Shown: positions 10,324-21,444, counted from the stretch's first letter. The stretch: 64,000 nucleotides of DNA from an uncultured Acidimicrobiia bacterium (GCA_963750905.1 CAVVSE010000004.1:1066-65065); one strand, 5' to 3'. Numbers and translations are program-made. Notes: a model not told the origin generated them from the letters alone.

Positions 10324-11058
10324 TTGGCCGGTGCGCTGGGGTGGGGGGCTCTTGCTGCGTCGTCGCTGATCTTCGGTGCGCTGCTTGGGTTGGCGCGGCG
10401 CTGGCCGGAGCGCGTTGTCGGCGTCGTGCTCGCCTTCGGCGCCGGCGCGCTGATCAGCGCCGTCAGCTTCGACCTCGCCGAAGAAGGCGTCCGACTCGGC
10501 GGCGGTGACTCCGTTGCACTCGGCCTCGCCCTGGGCGCGATGACCTACTTCCTGGCCGACCGGGCCGTCGAACGCCTTGGCCAGCCCGAGCGCACCGGGC
10601 CGGCCGCCGCTGCGGCGCCGACCGGGGACGGTGGGACGGCGCTCGCCCTCGGCGCGTTCTTGGATGGGATCCCCGAACAGATGGTGCTCGGCATCGGCCT
10701 CGCCGCTGGTGACGGCGTCAGCGTCGGGCTGCTGGCGGCCATCTTCATCTCCAATCTGCCCGAAGCCGCCGGCTCGGCCAGCGAGATGCGCGCCGCCGGG
10801 CGAACCCGTGTCGCAATCACTGGGCTGTGGACAATCGTCGCAGTGATCTGCACGTTCGCCACCCTCGTCGGCTACGGCATCGCCGACGGCGCCTCCGGCG
10901 ACCTCCAAGCCACGATCAACGGTTTCGCGGCCGGTGCGCTTCTGGTCATGCTGATCGACTCGATGATCCCGGAGGCGACCCGCCAGGCCGGCAAGGTGGC
11001 TGGTTTGGCCACGGTGTTCGGCTTCGCTGTCGCCGCCGGATTGTCCAGCGTGAGCTGA
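10324..11058 (+). CDS. ZIP-family divalent metal (zinc) transporter
   Basis: TTG start. Multiple hydrophobic helices. GAFLDGIPEQMVLG and ISNLPEAAGSA motifs are typical of ZupT/ZIP permeases. High GC3. Confidence 0.8.
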   Translation: MAGALGWGALAASSLIFGALLGLARRWPERVVGVVLAFGAGALISAVSFDLAEEGVRLGGGDSVALGLALGAMTYFLADRAVERLGQPERTGPAAAAAPTGDGGTALALGAFLDGIPEQMVLGIGLAAGDGVSVGLLAAIFISNLPEAAGSASEMRAAGRTRVAITGLWTIVAVICTFATLVGYGIADGASGDLQATINGFAAGALLVMLIDSMIPEATRQAGKVAGLATVFGFAVAAGLSSVS

Positions 11059-11383
11059 GCGGCACGTGTCTGCAGGGCTTCGTCGGGCATGCAGGCATCC
11101 CGCGGCGGCGTACATCGCCAGCCACGCAAGAGATGTACATCGCGAAGCGGGTCGCGGTCGACGACGACGGCCGAGCGCGTTGGAACCGGCGGTAGAGGAC
11201 ACGAGGACGCGTCGTTATCCCCGCGGTTCTCGGAGAGGGCGGGCTGAGGGTTTCACTACGCATGAGCGCTGCAGTCAATGTGCTCGAGGTGGTGCGGAGC
11301 CGGTGTCGCTACGCCCACGCTCGCGGGTCGGTCGAATCCGAGCCCGTCGATCGAACGTGCGGCACGGGTCGCGGGGTCGGCCC

Positions 11384-12541
11384 ATGATCAGGACCGTTGC
11401 CCGCCAGACGACGCTCCCGGCGCTCGCGCACGTCCGCGGCCACGACGAACCGGTGTGTCCCGAGGCAACCCGGGCACGATCGGCACGCGCCACGTGCGAC
11501 GGCGGCCAACATGTCGTCGTGTCGGATGGTCGACGACCGCCTCGATCGGTGCTCGAGCGGGCTGGGTTGTCCCCTGGAGATGTTGTGTCGGTGGCCGGCC
11601 ATCCGGGTGTGTGGCTGGTGTCGACGGGAGATCTGTCGGCCGTGTTGCGCCGCTATGACCTGCGACCACCGTTGCACGGCATCGCAGCGGTGACCGTGGT
11701 CGGCGACACCACTGTTGGCGGTGACGTCGCTCATCGTCGCGGACTGCTGACCGAGTCCGTGGCGTGGCTCCACGCGTTCCTCGCTCAGCTGTCCGCACGG
11801 TTTCCCGCACCGAGCCCGGTTGCGCTCTTCGACGGTCAATCGTGGTGGACCACAGGCGGCGAGGTGTGGGAAGCGCTGACCTTCGTTCCCGGCGCCGTTG
11901 TCGGCTGGCAAACGTCTCCGTCGCTGCGCCAAGTCGGCGCGCTGCTCGCTCAGTACCACACGGCTGTGATGGACGTTGTCGTGCCACCGCGGCCGGCATC
12001 CACGCCGCTCGGCGCACTGGCGAGCATCGCCGACTGGTCGCAGGCGCCCACGACGATGCGATCGGTCGCGGCGAGCCGCCTGCTGCGCCGACTGCTCGAG
12101 GAGTTCGCCGACGATCTCGAGCACGTCGGCTATCCACGCGCCCGCCGCGGTGTCGTCCACGGCGACGCCACGACACACAACGTTGTCGCGGACGGCAACC
12201 CACCGGCCCCGCGCGGACTCATCGACTTCCAACTCGCCGATCACGAGCCACTCGTCGCCGACATCGCTTTCGGGCTCTGGCGCAGCGGACGTCCCGTTCA
12301 AGGCGCCGACCACATGGACCTCGAGCGTGTCGCGGACTTCGTTGCCGGCTACCACGAGGTGCGCGCACTGGCCGACGACGAGCTCGCCGCCATCCCCCTC
12401 TATCTGCGAGGGCGAGGACTTCAGATACTCGTCAAGCGAACGAAGTTGGGCCTTGCCGACACTGGGCCCCTCCCGCTCACGGTCTGGACACGAAAGCACC
12501 GTGCCGATCTCGAACGCGCCGCCTCGGCAACCGCTCGCTGA
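11384..12541 (+). CDS. Phosphotransferase enzyme family protein (APH / homoserine kinase II-like)
   Basis: Catalytic-loop motifs VVHGDATTHNV and GLIDFQLA in the C-terminal half. N-terminus uncertain: ATG 11384 or GTG 11519, and the first ~45 codons are Arg-rich and unprotein-like. Confidence 0.6.
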   Translation: MIRTVARQTTLPALAHVRGHDEPVCPEATRARSARATCDGGQHVVVSDGRRPPRSVLERAGLSPGDVVSVAGHPGVWLVSTGDLSAVLRRYDLRPPLHGIAAVTVVGDTTVGGDVAHRRGLLTESVAWLHAFLAQLSARFPAPSPVALFDGQSWWTTGGEVWEALTFVPGAVVGWQTSPSLRQVGALLAQYHTAVMDVVVPPRPASTPLGALASIADWSQAPTTMRSVAASRLLRRLLEEFADDLEHVGYPRARRGVVHGDATTHNVVADGNPPAPRGLIDFQLADHEPLVADIAFGLWRSGRPVQGADHMDLERVADFVAGYHEVRALADDELAAIPLYLRGRGLQILVKRTKLGLADTGPLPLTVWTRKHRADLERAASATAR

Positions 12542-12972
12542 TCGTTCAGTCGATAGATGTCACGTAAGACGCCTCTCGCCAGTCCGCGCTTCGCGCACAC
12601 AGAACGACGCTGAACGGCCCAGTGACCCCGAGCGGTGACGGACGACACCTGCAGCATCTTGGCGTTCGACGTAGTCGGCACGTCACCCCGACTCTTCTCA
12701 CCTACGGCGAACAGCGCGGGCCACCACCGCCCACGCGCACCGACCAGCGCGCCGCCTCGTTCGGTAACGCCATCGAGCCGGCGATCGATGACGCGCCTCA
12801 GCGGAGCGGCTGGACGGCGTTACCCGGTGGTGCGTTCGGCCGCTCTCGACCTGGCGACCCGACGGTGGCTCAGCCCACGGGACGGATGGCGTTGCCGGAC
12901 TTGTGACGTGCCGACCGGCGTCGCTGGGCCGGGCTGCGAGGGCTAGCGACGCCGGCCTGGAGGGGTTGCCGG

Positions 12973-13137
12973 GTGATCGTTCGCGAGATGGTGCTCGAGG
13001 ACCTGCCCGAACTGATCGAGCTGCAGGGGGCCGGCGCCGTGATCGGCATGGCGGCTGTGCTCCCACGAGACCGGTACCCGTTTCCCGACCTGACGCATCA
13101 CCACCGCCAGGGGAGCGCGCACACGAACACGCGATGA
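12973..13137 (+). pseudogene. Possible GNAT N-acetyltransferase N-terminal remnant
   Basis: 54-codon frame VIVREMVLEDLPELIELQGAGAVIGMAAVLPRDRYPFP.. resembles the start of GNAT proteins and then degenerates. No acetyl-CoA motif follows. Confidence 0.25.
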
Positions 13138-13243
13138 CGACCATTTGACAAGCCGCTCCACATCATCATCGGATGGTGACCGGTCAGGTCGAGACACCAG
13201 GGTGACGGCATGAACGTGGGGCATCCGATGTGCGGCCCCGATC

Positions 13244-14572
13244 TCAGATGGCCGCGTGCAGATTCCACGTCCCCGGTACGCCTTTCAACTGATGTTGGCC
13301 TCGCTCTTCGAAGCACAGTCCCGAGCCGGCTACGAGGTCACGGAGGGTACTTGAGACGAGCACGTGTCCGGCTGGCGCCGTCTTCATGATCCGGGCAGCG
13401 ATGTTGACCGCGATGCCTCCGATGTCGTCGCCGCGCAGTTCGACCTCACCGGTGTGGACACCGACCTGGATGTCGAGATCGAGCCGACGAGCATCCTCCA
13501 CCATGCCCAAGCCCGCTCGCACTGCTCTCGCCGGGCCGTCGAAGAGGGCGAGCGCACCGTCTCCGGTGGTCTTGATGAGACGTCCCCGATATCGTTCGAT
13601 CTCTCGTCGCAGCTGTTGGTCGTGGCGATCGAGCAGCGCCACCCAGGACGTATCCCCGATCGCGGCCGCGCGGTCGGTCGACCCGACGATGTCGGTGAAG
13701 AGCACCGTGGCCAGGATGCGATCGCCGACGTCCCGCGATTCGAGGTCGCGTAGGAAGTCCTGGATGGCGACCGTCGCGGGCCGCGCATCGGCGAGCGAGA
13801 AGATGTGATCTTCACCTGGGACGACGATGAGGCGGGCACCGGGAATGTTGTCCGCCATGTATTGCGCTTCGCTCAGCAGCTTCACTTGATCGTGTTCGTG
13901 GTGAAGGATGAGCGTGGGCACGTCGACCAGCGGCAGCACTGGCCGCACGTCGATCCCCCGGGTGAAGTACTGGCCCTTCATGAGATCCCCCGGACTGATC
14001 GCATTCCGCATCATCCGGCCGAACGACTCCACCACCTGGGGATCTTCGGCGACCGACGGCGCCATGACCCGAAGAAAGGTCTGCACCGCCTCAGGCGTGT
14101 TCCAATCGGTAGATGCCTCCCAAGGAGGCTGGTGCCACATCGCACTCACCTCGTAGTCCACATCCGGCGAGAACCGGGCGCCAGTGCCTTGGAGGATGAG
14201 CCCCAATGTCCGCTCCGGATGCGCAGCCGTGAACACAATGCTCATCGGACCGCCCTCTGAGAGGCCATACAACACCGCGCGTTCCGACCCGGCTGCATCC
14301 ATCACCGCGTGCAGGTCGTCGACTCGCTCGTCCATTGACGCAGCTCCGCCCCCGCGATCGGACAGGCCAGTGCCACGCTTGTCGAAGATGATCAGGCGGC
14401 TGAACGACGCCAGACGCCGCAGCCAACTGCCCGTCCCCTGCAAGTCCCACCAGTGTTCCAAGTGCGAGGCGCCCGGCGGCACGAGCACCAGGTCGATCGG
14501 GCCATCGCCGAGGACCTGGTACGCGAGGAAGACCGAGCCGTTTCGGGCGTACTTCGTTTCCGGAACGTGCAT
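13244..14572 (-). CDS. alpha/beta-hydrolase fused to class III adenylate/guanylate cyclase (LipJ/Rv1900c-like architecture)
   Basis: N-terminal hydrolase (LYGLSEGG nucleophile elbow, IIFDKRGTGLSD). C-terminal cyclase domain VLFTDIVGSTD .. KTTGDGALALF .. VGVHTGEVELRGDDIGGIAVNIAARI. Intact 442-codon ORF. Confidence 0.85.
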   Translation of the reverse strand: MHVPETKYARNGSVFLAYQVLGDGPIDLVLVPPGASHLEHWWDLQGTGSWLRRLASFSRLIIFDKRGTGLSDRGGGAASMDERVDDLHAVMDAAGSERAVLYGLSEGGPMSIVFTAAHPERTLGLILQGTGARFSPDVDYEVSAMWHQPPWEASTDWNTPEAVQTFLRVMAPSVAEDPQVVESFGRMMRNAISPGDLMKGQYFTRGIDVRPVLPLVDVPTLILHHEHDQVKLLSEAQYMADNIPGARLIVVPGEDHIFSLADARPATVAIQDFLRDLESRDVGDRILATVLFTDIVGSTDRAAAIGDTSWVALLDRHDQQLRREIERYRGRLIKTTGDGALALFDGPARAVRAGLGMVEDARRLDLDIQVGVHTGEVELRGDDIGGIAVNIAARIMKTAPAGHVLVSSTLRDLVAGSGLCFEERGQHQLKGVPGTWNLHAAI

Positions 14573-14743
14573 CCGCGCCCCCTTGTCGTCGACGACTGTA
14601 CGTCAGGCTCGTCGCAGCTGTGCCGATGCGCCCGGGCAGTCCGCCGAGTCCCCCGGGCCGTTTCTTGAGCCGGCCTTCCCGTGCTCGACGCGGCGACCCG
14701 TGAGCACCGTCCGAGACTCGCCTCACTGTCACCCGAGGGCAAG

Positions 14744-14865
14744 CGATGAGCAGGTCGACGAACGGTGGCTGGTGAGCGACAACACGGTGAGGAGCCATCT
14801 GACGCACGTGTTCATTGAGCTCTGCGTCACCAACCGGGCCGCCCTGGCCGCCGCTTACACCAACC
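14744..14865 (+). pseudogene. LuxR-type HTH remnant
   Basis: SDEQVDERWLVSDNTVRSHLTHVFIELCVTNRAALAAAY matches the last two helices of LuxR/GerE HTH domains. No intact upstream domain; the preceding frame ends in a stop. Confidence 0.3.
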
Positions 14866-15310
14866 CGAGCGACCAGGTCCCGGGTGACCGTCGGGTGCAC
14901 GCTACGAGTCAGGCCGATGATGCGAGCCCGAGAATGCGCCCGAGTCCTCGAACGCGTGCTCCAAGCGCCGGTCGCCCACGCACGAGACGTACGCCGTCGT
15001 TCTCGGTACCGAGCATCCGAGAACGCTCGGTTCGAGCACCGCCGAACGCATCCAGAGAATCGCCGATCCTCGACACTCGGACGTTCGCGACGCGATGTCC
15101 GACTTCCGACGCCCGATACCACGCAGTCAAGAGCCGTGGACGGCATCCTCAAAACGCCGGTCGAGGATGCCACGAGCCGATAATGCGCGGGCGGTAACGC
15201 GTCGTGGGGATGCCGGGGTCGCTGCACTTCGGCCTTAACGACCGTCTCATAATCACGACGCGCTGTGGGTCGCCGACCTATCCCCGACCGCCGGGAGCCG
15301 GCGTACGTCC

Positions 15311-15772
15311 GTGGAGCTTCGAGCATTGATGCGTGGAGCGCGCGACGGACGCACAGGCACTGCTCACTCCGGTCGCCAAAGCATTCCGTGTCATCCACAC
15401 CGCAATCGGGCGGTTGACCTCGCTGCACTGGGCTACATCTGGGCATGCGCCATCTCGCGACGGCGCGGCCCGCTCCTGACGGCATCGGTCGCGGCGCTGA
15501 CGGTGGAGGCAGCGGCCCTCGTCGCCGGCCGAGGGAGCTGCCCGCTCGGTCCACTCCAGACGAAGCTGGGCGACCCGGTCCCTCTCTTCGAACTCGTGCT
15601 ACGACCGCGCGCTGCGAAGGCCGCTGTTCCAGTCTTGGCCTCCGTCTCCGTCGTCGGTATCGCGCTCGTTGCCATCCGCGCCCCGAGCGAGGATGATGCC
15701 GCGAGACCGTCCGGGAGCATCTCCTCACGCCGGCTCGCGGGCGTCCGAGACCTGCGAGCATCCAGGTCGTGA
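15311..15772 (+). CDS. Hypothetical small membrane protein
   Basis: High GC3. Two or three hydrophobic segments (LAALGYIWACAI, LLTASVAALTVEAAALVA, VPVLASVSVVGIALVAI) with a CPLGPL motif. No confident family assignment; ATG 15329 is an alternative start. Confidence 0.35.
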   Translation: MELRALMRGARDGRTGTAHSGRQSIPCHPHRNRAVDLAALGYIWACAISRRRGPLLTASVAALTVEAAALVAGRGSCPLGPLQTKLGDPVPLFELVLRPRAAKAAVPVLASVSVVGIALVAIRAPSEDDAARPSGSISSRRLAGVRDLRASRS

Positions 15773-15996
15773 CGCCATCCGTCGAGGCCCGACTCGGCCG
15801 TGCCTCCAAAGGCTTGCGCGCCGCGCATGCATTCATCGCCGTCATCGACCTGATGGGCCTCGGGTACGTCTGGACTGTGCGCTGACACACGACGCCGAGA
15901 CTCACTGCTCCGCTTCTCAGCCGCAGCCTTCCGCGACCATCAAGAACGACGACTTTGGTAGTTGTTCTGTCGATGTTCTCCGCACGGTCGCTCGGG

Positions 15997-17118
15997 TCAG
16001 CTGTCCGGTAGGCGATCGTTGCGACGGCCGACGAAGATGGCGTTTATTGGATCTCCGGCCGGGGCGGTGAGCACGGTGACGTCGCGGAAACCGGCTTCTT
16101 CGAGCATGCGTGTGGCGGTCTGCCAGCCCCAGCAGGTCCCGAGCGCTGCGCCGTCCTCGGCGAGTGACACCTGCATGCAGTGGAACAGGCTCGTGGTGTA
16201 CATCCATGTTCCCATCGGATGTCCGATGTTGTCCTCGAGACGGCTCGACATGTGGACGTCGATCATCACGAACATGCCGCCGGGGTGAAGGGCCTCGCGG
16301 GCGCGGGCGAGAACCCCGGCCGGGTCCGCCTGGTCGTGGATCGAGTCGAACGCGAACACGACGTCGAACGGTGGGTCGACGGGTAGGTGGCGGACGTCTC
16401 GCTGCTCGAACGTCACGTTGGCGGCGCCTAGGGCGGACGCCTCGGCCCGTGCACGGTCGAGAGCGTCGGCGGCGAGATCGAACCCCACAAAGGTCGACTC
16501 GGGGTATGCGGCGGCGAGGAGGTTGTCGACATGCCCGGTGCCACAACCGACGTCGGCGACGCGTGCGCCGAGTCGGAGACGCTCGGCGAGCCCGTCGACG
16601 GCGGGGATGTACCCGTCGACGAGGAGTGCGTCGTACACGCGTCGCATTCCGGCGTCCATGAGCGCGGTGAACTCCGGACGGTACGCCGAGTATGGGATGC
16701 CGCCACCGTGCGCGACGGTTTCGGTGACGCGTTCGACGTAGCGGCCGGCGAGCCCGAGGAACCCGGTCGCGGCGGCGAAGTTCTGGGGCCCGGAACCTGA
16801 CAGGCACTGGCGCCGACTCGGTGGAAGGGTGTAACGGCCGTCCGCGGGGGAGTACGTGAAGATTCCTGCGCATGTGAGCCCGTTGAGGAGTTCGCGGACG
16901 TGGCGCTCAGACAATCCGGCACGCTCGGCGAGCTCGTCGCTGGTGCCGGTCCCGTCGGCGGCCGCCTCGAACAACCCCGCCCTGTGTGCGACGTCAATCA
17001 GCAGCACCGCGCCGGCACCGTTGATCCAGCTGAACAGCTGGCCCACGAACGCTCCGGCTTCGGATTGCATCTCTTCGAACTGGATGTCGGGCTGGACTGA
17101 GGTCATGGACTCGATCAT
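15997..17118 (-). CDS. SAM-dependent methyltransferase, Rv2258c-like (paralog of 2668-3744)
   Basis: ATG at 17118 (MIESMTSV..). DVGCGTGH, FDVVFAFDSIHDQ, LFHCMQVSLAEDG. Same domain order as the first copy. Divergent from the regulator starting about 17201. Confidence 0.8.
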   Translation of the reverse strand: MIESMTSVQPDIQFEEMQSEAGAFVGQLFSWINGAGAVLLIDVAHRAGLFEAAADGTGTSDELAERAGLSERHVRELLNGLTCAGIFTYSPADGRYTLPPSRRQCLSGSGPQNFAAATGFLGLAGRYVERVTETVAHGGGIPYSAYRPEFTALMDAGMRRVYDALLVDGYIPAVDGLAERLRLGARVADVGCGTGHVDNLLAAAYPESTFVGFDLAADALDRARAEASALGAANVTFEQRDVRHLPVDPPFDVVFAFDSIHDQADPAGVLARAREALHPGGMFVMIDVHMSSRLEDNIGHPMGTWMYTTSLFHCMQVSLAEDGAALGTCWGWQTATRMLEEAGFRDVTVLTAPAGDPINAIFVGRRNDRLPDS

Positions 17119-17200
17119 CGGTTGCGGCGTCTGCGCGTTGTCTCCGCGCCGGTTGCGGCACGGAGCGCAGCATGCGTCGAGCTGCCTACGCTTGCTGACC

Positions 17201-20200
17201 GTGGACGATGTGGTGGCAGTCCTCGGCCCGTTGGTGATCGGAGGCGGGGCAACGACTCCAGGCTCCGCTAAGGAGAGAGCCGTGGTCGAGTTGTTGGCCG
17301 TACGCGCGCCCGCCCCGGTCTCGGATGGGGAGCTGATCGGCGCCCTGTGGGGCGATGATCCGCCGGTCACTGCGATCAAGACACTGCAAAGCCTCGTGTC
17401 GCGGTTGCGTCGTTCCGTGCCGGACCTCGCCGTCGAGCGCGCGGGTGATGGCTACCGGTTGCAAGTGGACCGGGACCGCGTGGACGCGCGTCGCTTCGAG
17501 GATCTCGTGACCGAGGGCCGGCGCGCACTGGCGGCGGGCGACGCGCCCGGCGCGGCGGAGTTGCTGTTTGCGGCTCGAGCGCTCTGGCGAGGATCACCGG
17601 TGCCGGAGCTCGCAACCGGGACAGCCGCTGCGGAAGCCGTGCGCCTCGAGGAGTTGCTGCGCGCTGCCGTGGAGGACCTCGCGGATGCGCGCTTGGCGAT
17701 GGGCGAGCACGGTTGCGTGACCGCCGAGCTCCAAGCAGCGGTTACGGCCGAACCGTTGCGGGAGCGCCGCTGGGCGCAGCTGGTGTTGGGCCTATACCGC
17801 GACGGTCGTCGAGTCGAGGCACTCCGTGCCTGTCAGCGGGCCCGACGAGTGCTCAACGATCTCGGTCTCGAGCCCGGCGCCGAGCTGATTGATTTGGAGC
17901 GATCCGTCGCCACCGATGACCCGGCGCTGCGCCAGCATCCGACGGTCATTGCGCAGCGCTCGATGGGGTTGGCGACTTTCCTCCTCACCGACATCGAAGG
18001 TTCGACCCTGCTGTGGGATCGCCAGGAAGGGGAGATGGCCGAGGCGCTCGTGCGCCACGATCGGGTGATCCGTGACGCCGTCGCCACGCATCGGGGGCGG
18101 CTGCACAAGACCCACGGTGAGGGCGACTCGACGTTCAGCGTGTTTCCGCTGGCGTCGGACACACTGGCCGCCGCCGTCGCGATCCAGCGAGCGCTGGCGG
18201 CCGAGACGTGGCCGACGTCCAGGCCCCTGCGCGTACGCATCGGAGTACACACGGGCGAGGCGGAGCTCCGCGACGGCGACCACTACGGGCCCGCCGTCAA
18301 CCGAGCGGCCCGGTTGCGGGGTGCCGCGTCCGGGGGCCAGACGCTGGTGTCGGGCGCGACCGCTGCGCTCACCGAAGGCGCCGTGCCCGACGGCGTCGAG
18401 TTGGTCAGCCTCGGCGCGCACGCGCTGCCGGGCCTGCGCGCCCCGATCGACATTTTCGAGCTCGTCGTTCCCGACGTCGCGCCGCTACGTGGGCACCGCG
18501 ATCGCCCGCAACCGCGGCTGCCCCTGTGGCTCACCAGCTTCATCGGACGCGACGACGAACTGCGCAGCCTCGCCAAGCGCATCGCCGAGTCCCGGCTCGT
18601 CACCGTGACCGGACCGGGCGGAGTCGGCAAGACGCGTGTCGCCGTCGAGGTGGCGAGCGAGATCTCGTCGAGACTGCATGACGGCGTGTGGTTCGTGGAC
18701 CTCGCCGCAGTTGGGCGATCCGAGGCTGTGCCCAGCGCAGTGGCTTCCGCCCTCGGGGTCAAGGACGACCCGGTGCGGGGGGTGATGGGTGCGCTCGCCG
18801 CGCACTGCGCTGCGCTCGACGCGCTCGTGCTGTTCGACAACTGCGAGCACGTCATCGACGGCGCAGCTGACGTCGCCCGGCATCTGCTGGTCGAAGCACC
18901 CGGCCTTCGGGTACTCGCCACGAGCCGCGAGCCGCTGGGCGTGCCCGGCGAGGCCGTCGTTCCGTTGCGGCCCCTATCCGCACCGGCGCCGGGCACACAC
19001 GACGCTACCGGGCTTGCCAGCGGCGACGCGGTTCGGCTGTTCGTGGACCGTGCCAGTGCGGTCGAGCGCGGACTTCGCACTCGACGCCACGATCGACGCT
19101 GCGGTCGCGTCGCTGTGCCGACGCCTCGACGGCCTCCCTCTCGCGATCGAGCTCGCTGCTGCCCAGGCCGACGTGTTGGGACCGGCCCAGATCGAACGCC
19201 GGCTCGGCGACGCCGCGGTGCTGCGCAGCTCCCAGCGCGGCGGCGTGAGCCGTCACCGGTCCCTCGACAGCGTCCTCGACTGGAGTTACGACCTTCTCGA
19301 CGAGACCGACCGCCTCGTGCTCGACCGCATATCCGTGTTCCGGGGTGCGTCCTCGCTCGAAGCGATCGAAGCGGTCGTCGCCGACGCCCGCGTGGCCGCA
19401 ACGGAGGTACTCGAGGTGCTCGCCCGGCTCGTGCGACGATCTCTCGTCGTCGCCATCGGCGCCGGTGCCGATCGCCGCTACCGGCTGCTCGAGACCATCC
19501 GCGAGCACAGCCAGCGGCGCCTCGCCCGTGCCGGCGCGCTCGACACCTGGCGCAACCGGCACCTCGACTGGGTGCTGACCCTCGCCGCCGAAGCGGCCGT
19601 CGGAGTGTCGGGCGGCGAACAGCGCGGTCAAGCGCATTGGTTCATGGTCCTCGACGACGATCTTGACAACCTCGAGGAAGCGCTCGCCTGGAGCTCCCTC
19701 GATGCCCTTCGCGCCGAGCGCGCACTTCCCGCAGTGATCGGCCTGTTCAACTACTGGATCGCCCGGGGAACCCGTCGCGCACAAGGCGTGCGCTGGTGCT
19801 CGACGCTCGCTGACGCCGCGACCGCCATGGAGCCCTCCACGAGGGCAGTGGCGTACCTCAACGCCTGCTTCCTCGCCACAATGTCCGACCTGGCGGCCGG
19901 CGAAGCGCTCGCCGCCAGTGTCGAACGTCTCGCCGACCGGACCGGTGACGAGCGCACGTCGGCGACTGCGGCGGTCGCCAGCGGGATCGTCGCGGTCCTC
20001 AAGGGCGACGTCGACGCAGTTCGTGCGCACGCTGCCCGACGACCGGACGTGCTCGACGGCTTCGCACGGATCCTCGCCGACCACAACGTCGGCTGGTTGC
20101 GCTCGCTCGAGGGCGCCTACGACGAGGCGTACGGGCTGCTGATGAACGTCGTCGACGAGTTTGCAGCACTCGGCGACGAGCACCTGTCCTATGGATTCGG

Positions 20201-20699
20201 GACTACTGGCGCAGACGCCGGTGCTGCGGCGGGACTCGACACCGAACCGCTGCGCGTGTACTGCCGCGACGCACTCGGCTTCGCGATCCGGTTCCCGTGC
20301 GTGTCGTGCGAAGCAGTTGCCCTTGCGAGCCTCGTGCTCGTCGACGGTTGCGAGGACCTCGGGGGGCGCGTCGCAGCAGCCCGCCGAGCGGTGACCCTCG
20401 CCCACGGCATCCGCGAAACGTTCCACGTCATGATCGACCTCGGCGTGCTCGTCGGTGCACTGGCAGCCGCCGGGGACGTCGAGCGCGCCGCCTACCTCGC
20501 CGGTGGGATCCACGCACTGCGCGAGCGCACGAGATACGACCACTGCCTGCCAGGGCGGCGGTGCTCCCTCGAGACCGGGATCGACGTCGCCCGAGCTGCA
20601 CTCGGCGCGGGCGAATTCGACCGGCTGTTTGCTGAAGGGCGCCAACTCGAGTACGGCGAGCTCGTAGCCGCAGCGATCGAAGAGCAAGAGACGCGATAG
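17201..20699 (+). CDS. SARP wHTH/BTAD + class III nucleotide cyclase + NB-ARC-like NTPase + TPR-like repeats; apparent +1 frameshift near 19070
   Basis: GTG 17201 (or TTG 17192). ELIGALWGDDPP..LVSRLRR; LRERRWAQLVLGLYRDGRRVEALRACQRARRVLNDLGLEPG; cyclase FLLTDIEGSTLLW..KTHGEGDSTFSVF..IGVHTGEAELRDGDHYGPAVNRAARL; P-loop VTGPGGVGKTRVA; LVLFDNCEHV. After the slip: LDGLPLAIELAA, then helical repeats to 20699. Confidence 0.75.
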
Positions 20700-20721
20700 T
20701 GACGCCGGTAGCGGAGCGAAA

Positions 20722-21444
20722 TCAACTGTGTGAGCGTTCTAAGAATCGCACGGTCCTCGAGTCTTCGCCACGGCATCTCGGGCGTCGAAGTACGCTGCGA
20801 CGTTGTTTCGCCGACACCAATCCGTCGCGGGCGAGTACATATGCCTGGGCGCGGATGGCTGACCGGTCCACGGTCGGACAGTTGGCTCCGTATCGATCCG
20901 AAATCCAAACCGAGCCATCCGACTCGGCGATCTGCTCAAGCTCGCGTTCTGGGCGGTGCCCCATAATGCGCCACGACTCCGTGCCGCTGAGGTGTCCGGG
21001 AACGCCGGCTCGGAGTCACGCCACAACGAAGCAAACCTTGCCTGACGCGGGGCACCGCCGATGCACGTCCAATACGTCACCCCCTGACCACGGACCGTGG
21101 CACCGTCGTGGGCTGGCCAACGACCTCGGCGTCCCCCATCGCGTCCCGCGCCACCTCGCCCACGTCCCCGGCGCAATCTTCGGCTTCGGACTCCCCACGG
21201 CCCACCCGTCGCCGCGGCCGCCGTCGTACAAGGCCGAGGCGCAGCCGACGGCCAGCGGATGGCGAAGGCCGACAACGTCGAGCACCTCGTCCGCACCGGG
21301 ACTGTCAGGTTGCCGGTGTAACTGGTCTGGCCTGAGACGCTGAGCGGTGGTGCTCGGCGGGAAGGGCAGACGATGACAGACCACGATGTGGTGGTGGCGA
21401 CACCGCCCACCACCAGTGACGACTATGACCGGGATCGTGATCAA
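20722..21444 (-). pseudogene. Decayed ORF of unknown function (needs about 3 frame changes)
   Basis: Protein-like stretches in successive minus-strand frames: ..ALYDGGRGDGWAVGSPKPKIAPG / DVGEVARDAMGDAEVVGQP / GVTYWTCIGGAPRQARFASLWRDSEP / PERELEQIAESDGSVWISDRYGANCPTVDRSAIRAQAYVLA. No family recognised. Confidence 0.25.

Noticed and set aside
12635-12720. ILAFDVVGTS motif resembling the start of a class III cyclase domain; considered as a third cyclase remnant.
   Set aside because: Only about 10 residues match, and nothing cyclase-like follows in any frame.
13244-20699. Cyclase genes as a CBASS/Pycsar-type anti-phage system.
   Set aside because: Both cyclases are class III CHD domains fused to a hydrolase or a transcription-factor/STAND scaffold. 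No adjacent cNMP-activated effector is present, and no CD-NTase is seen.
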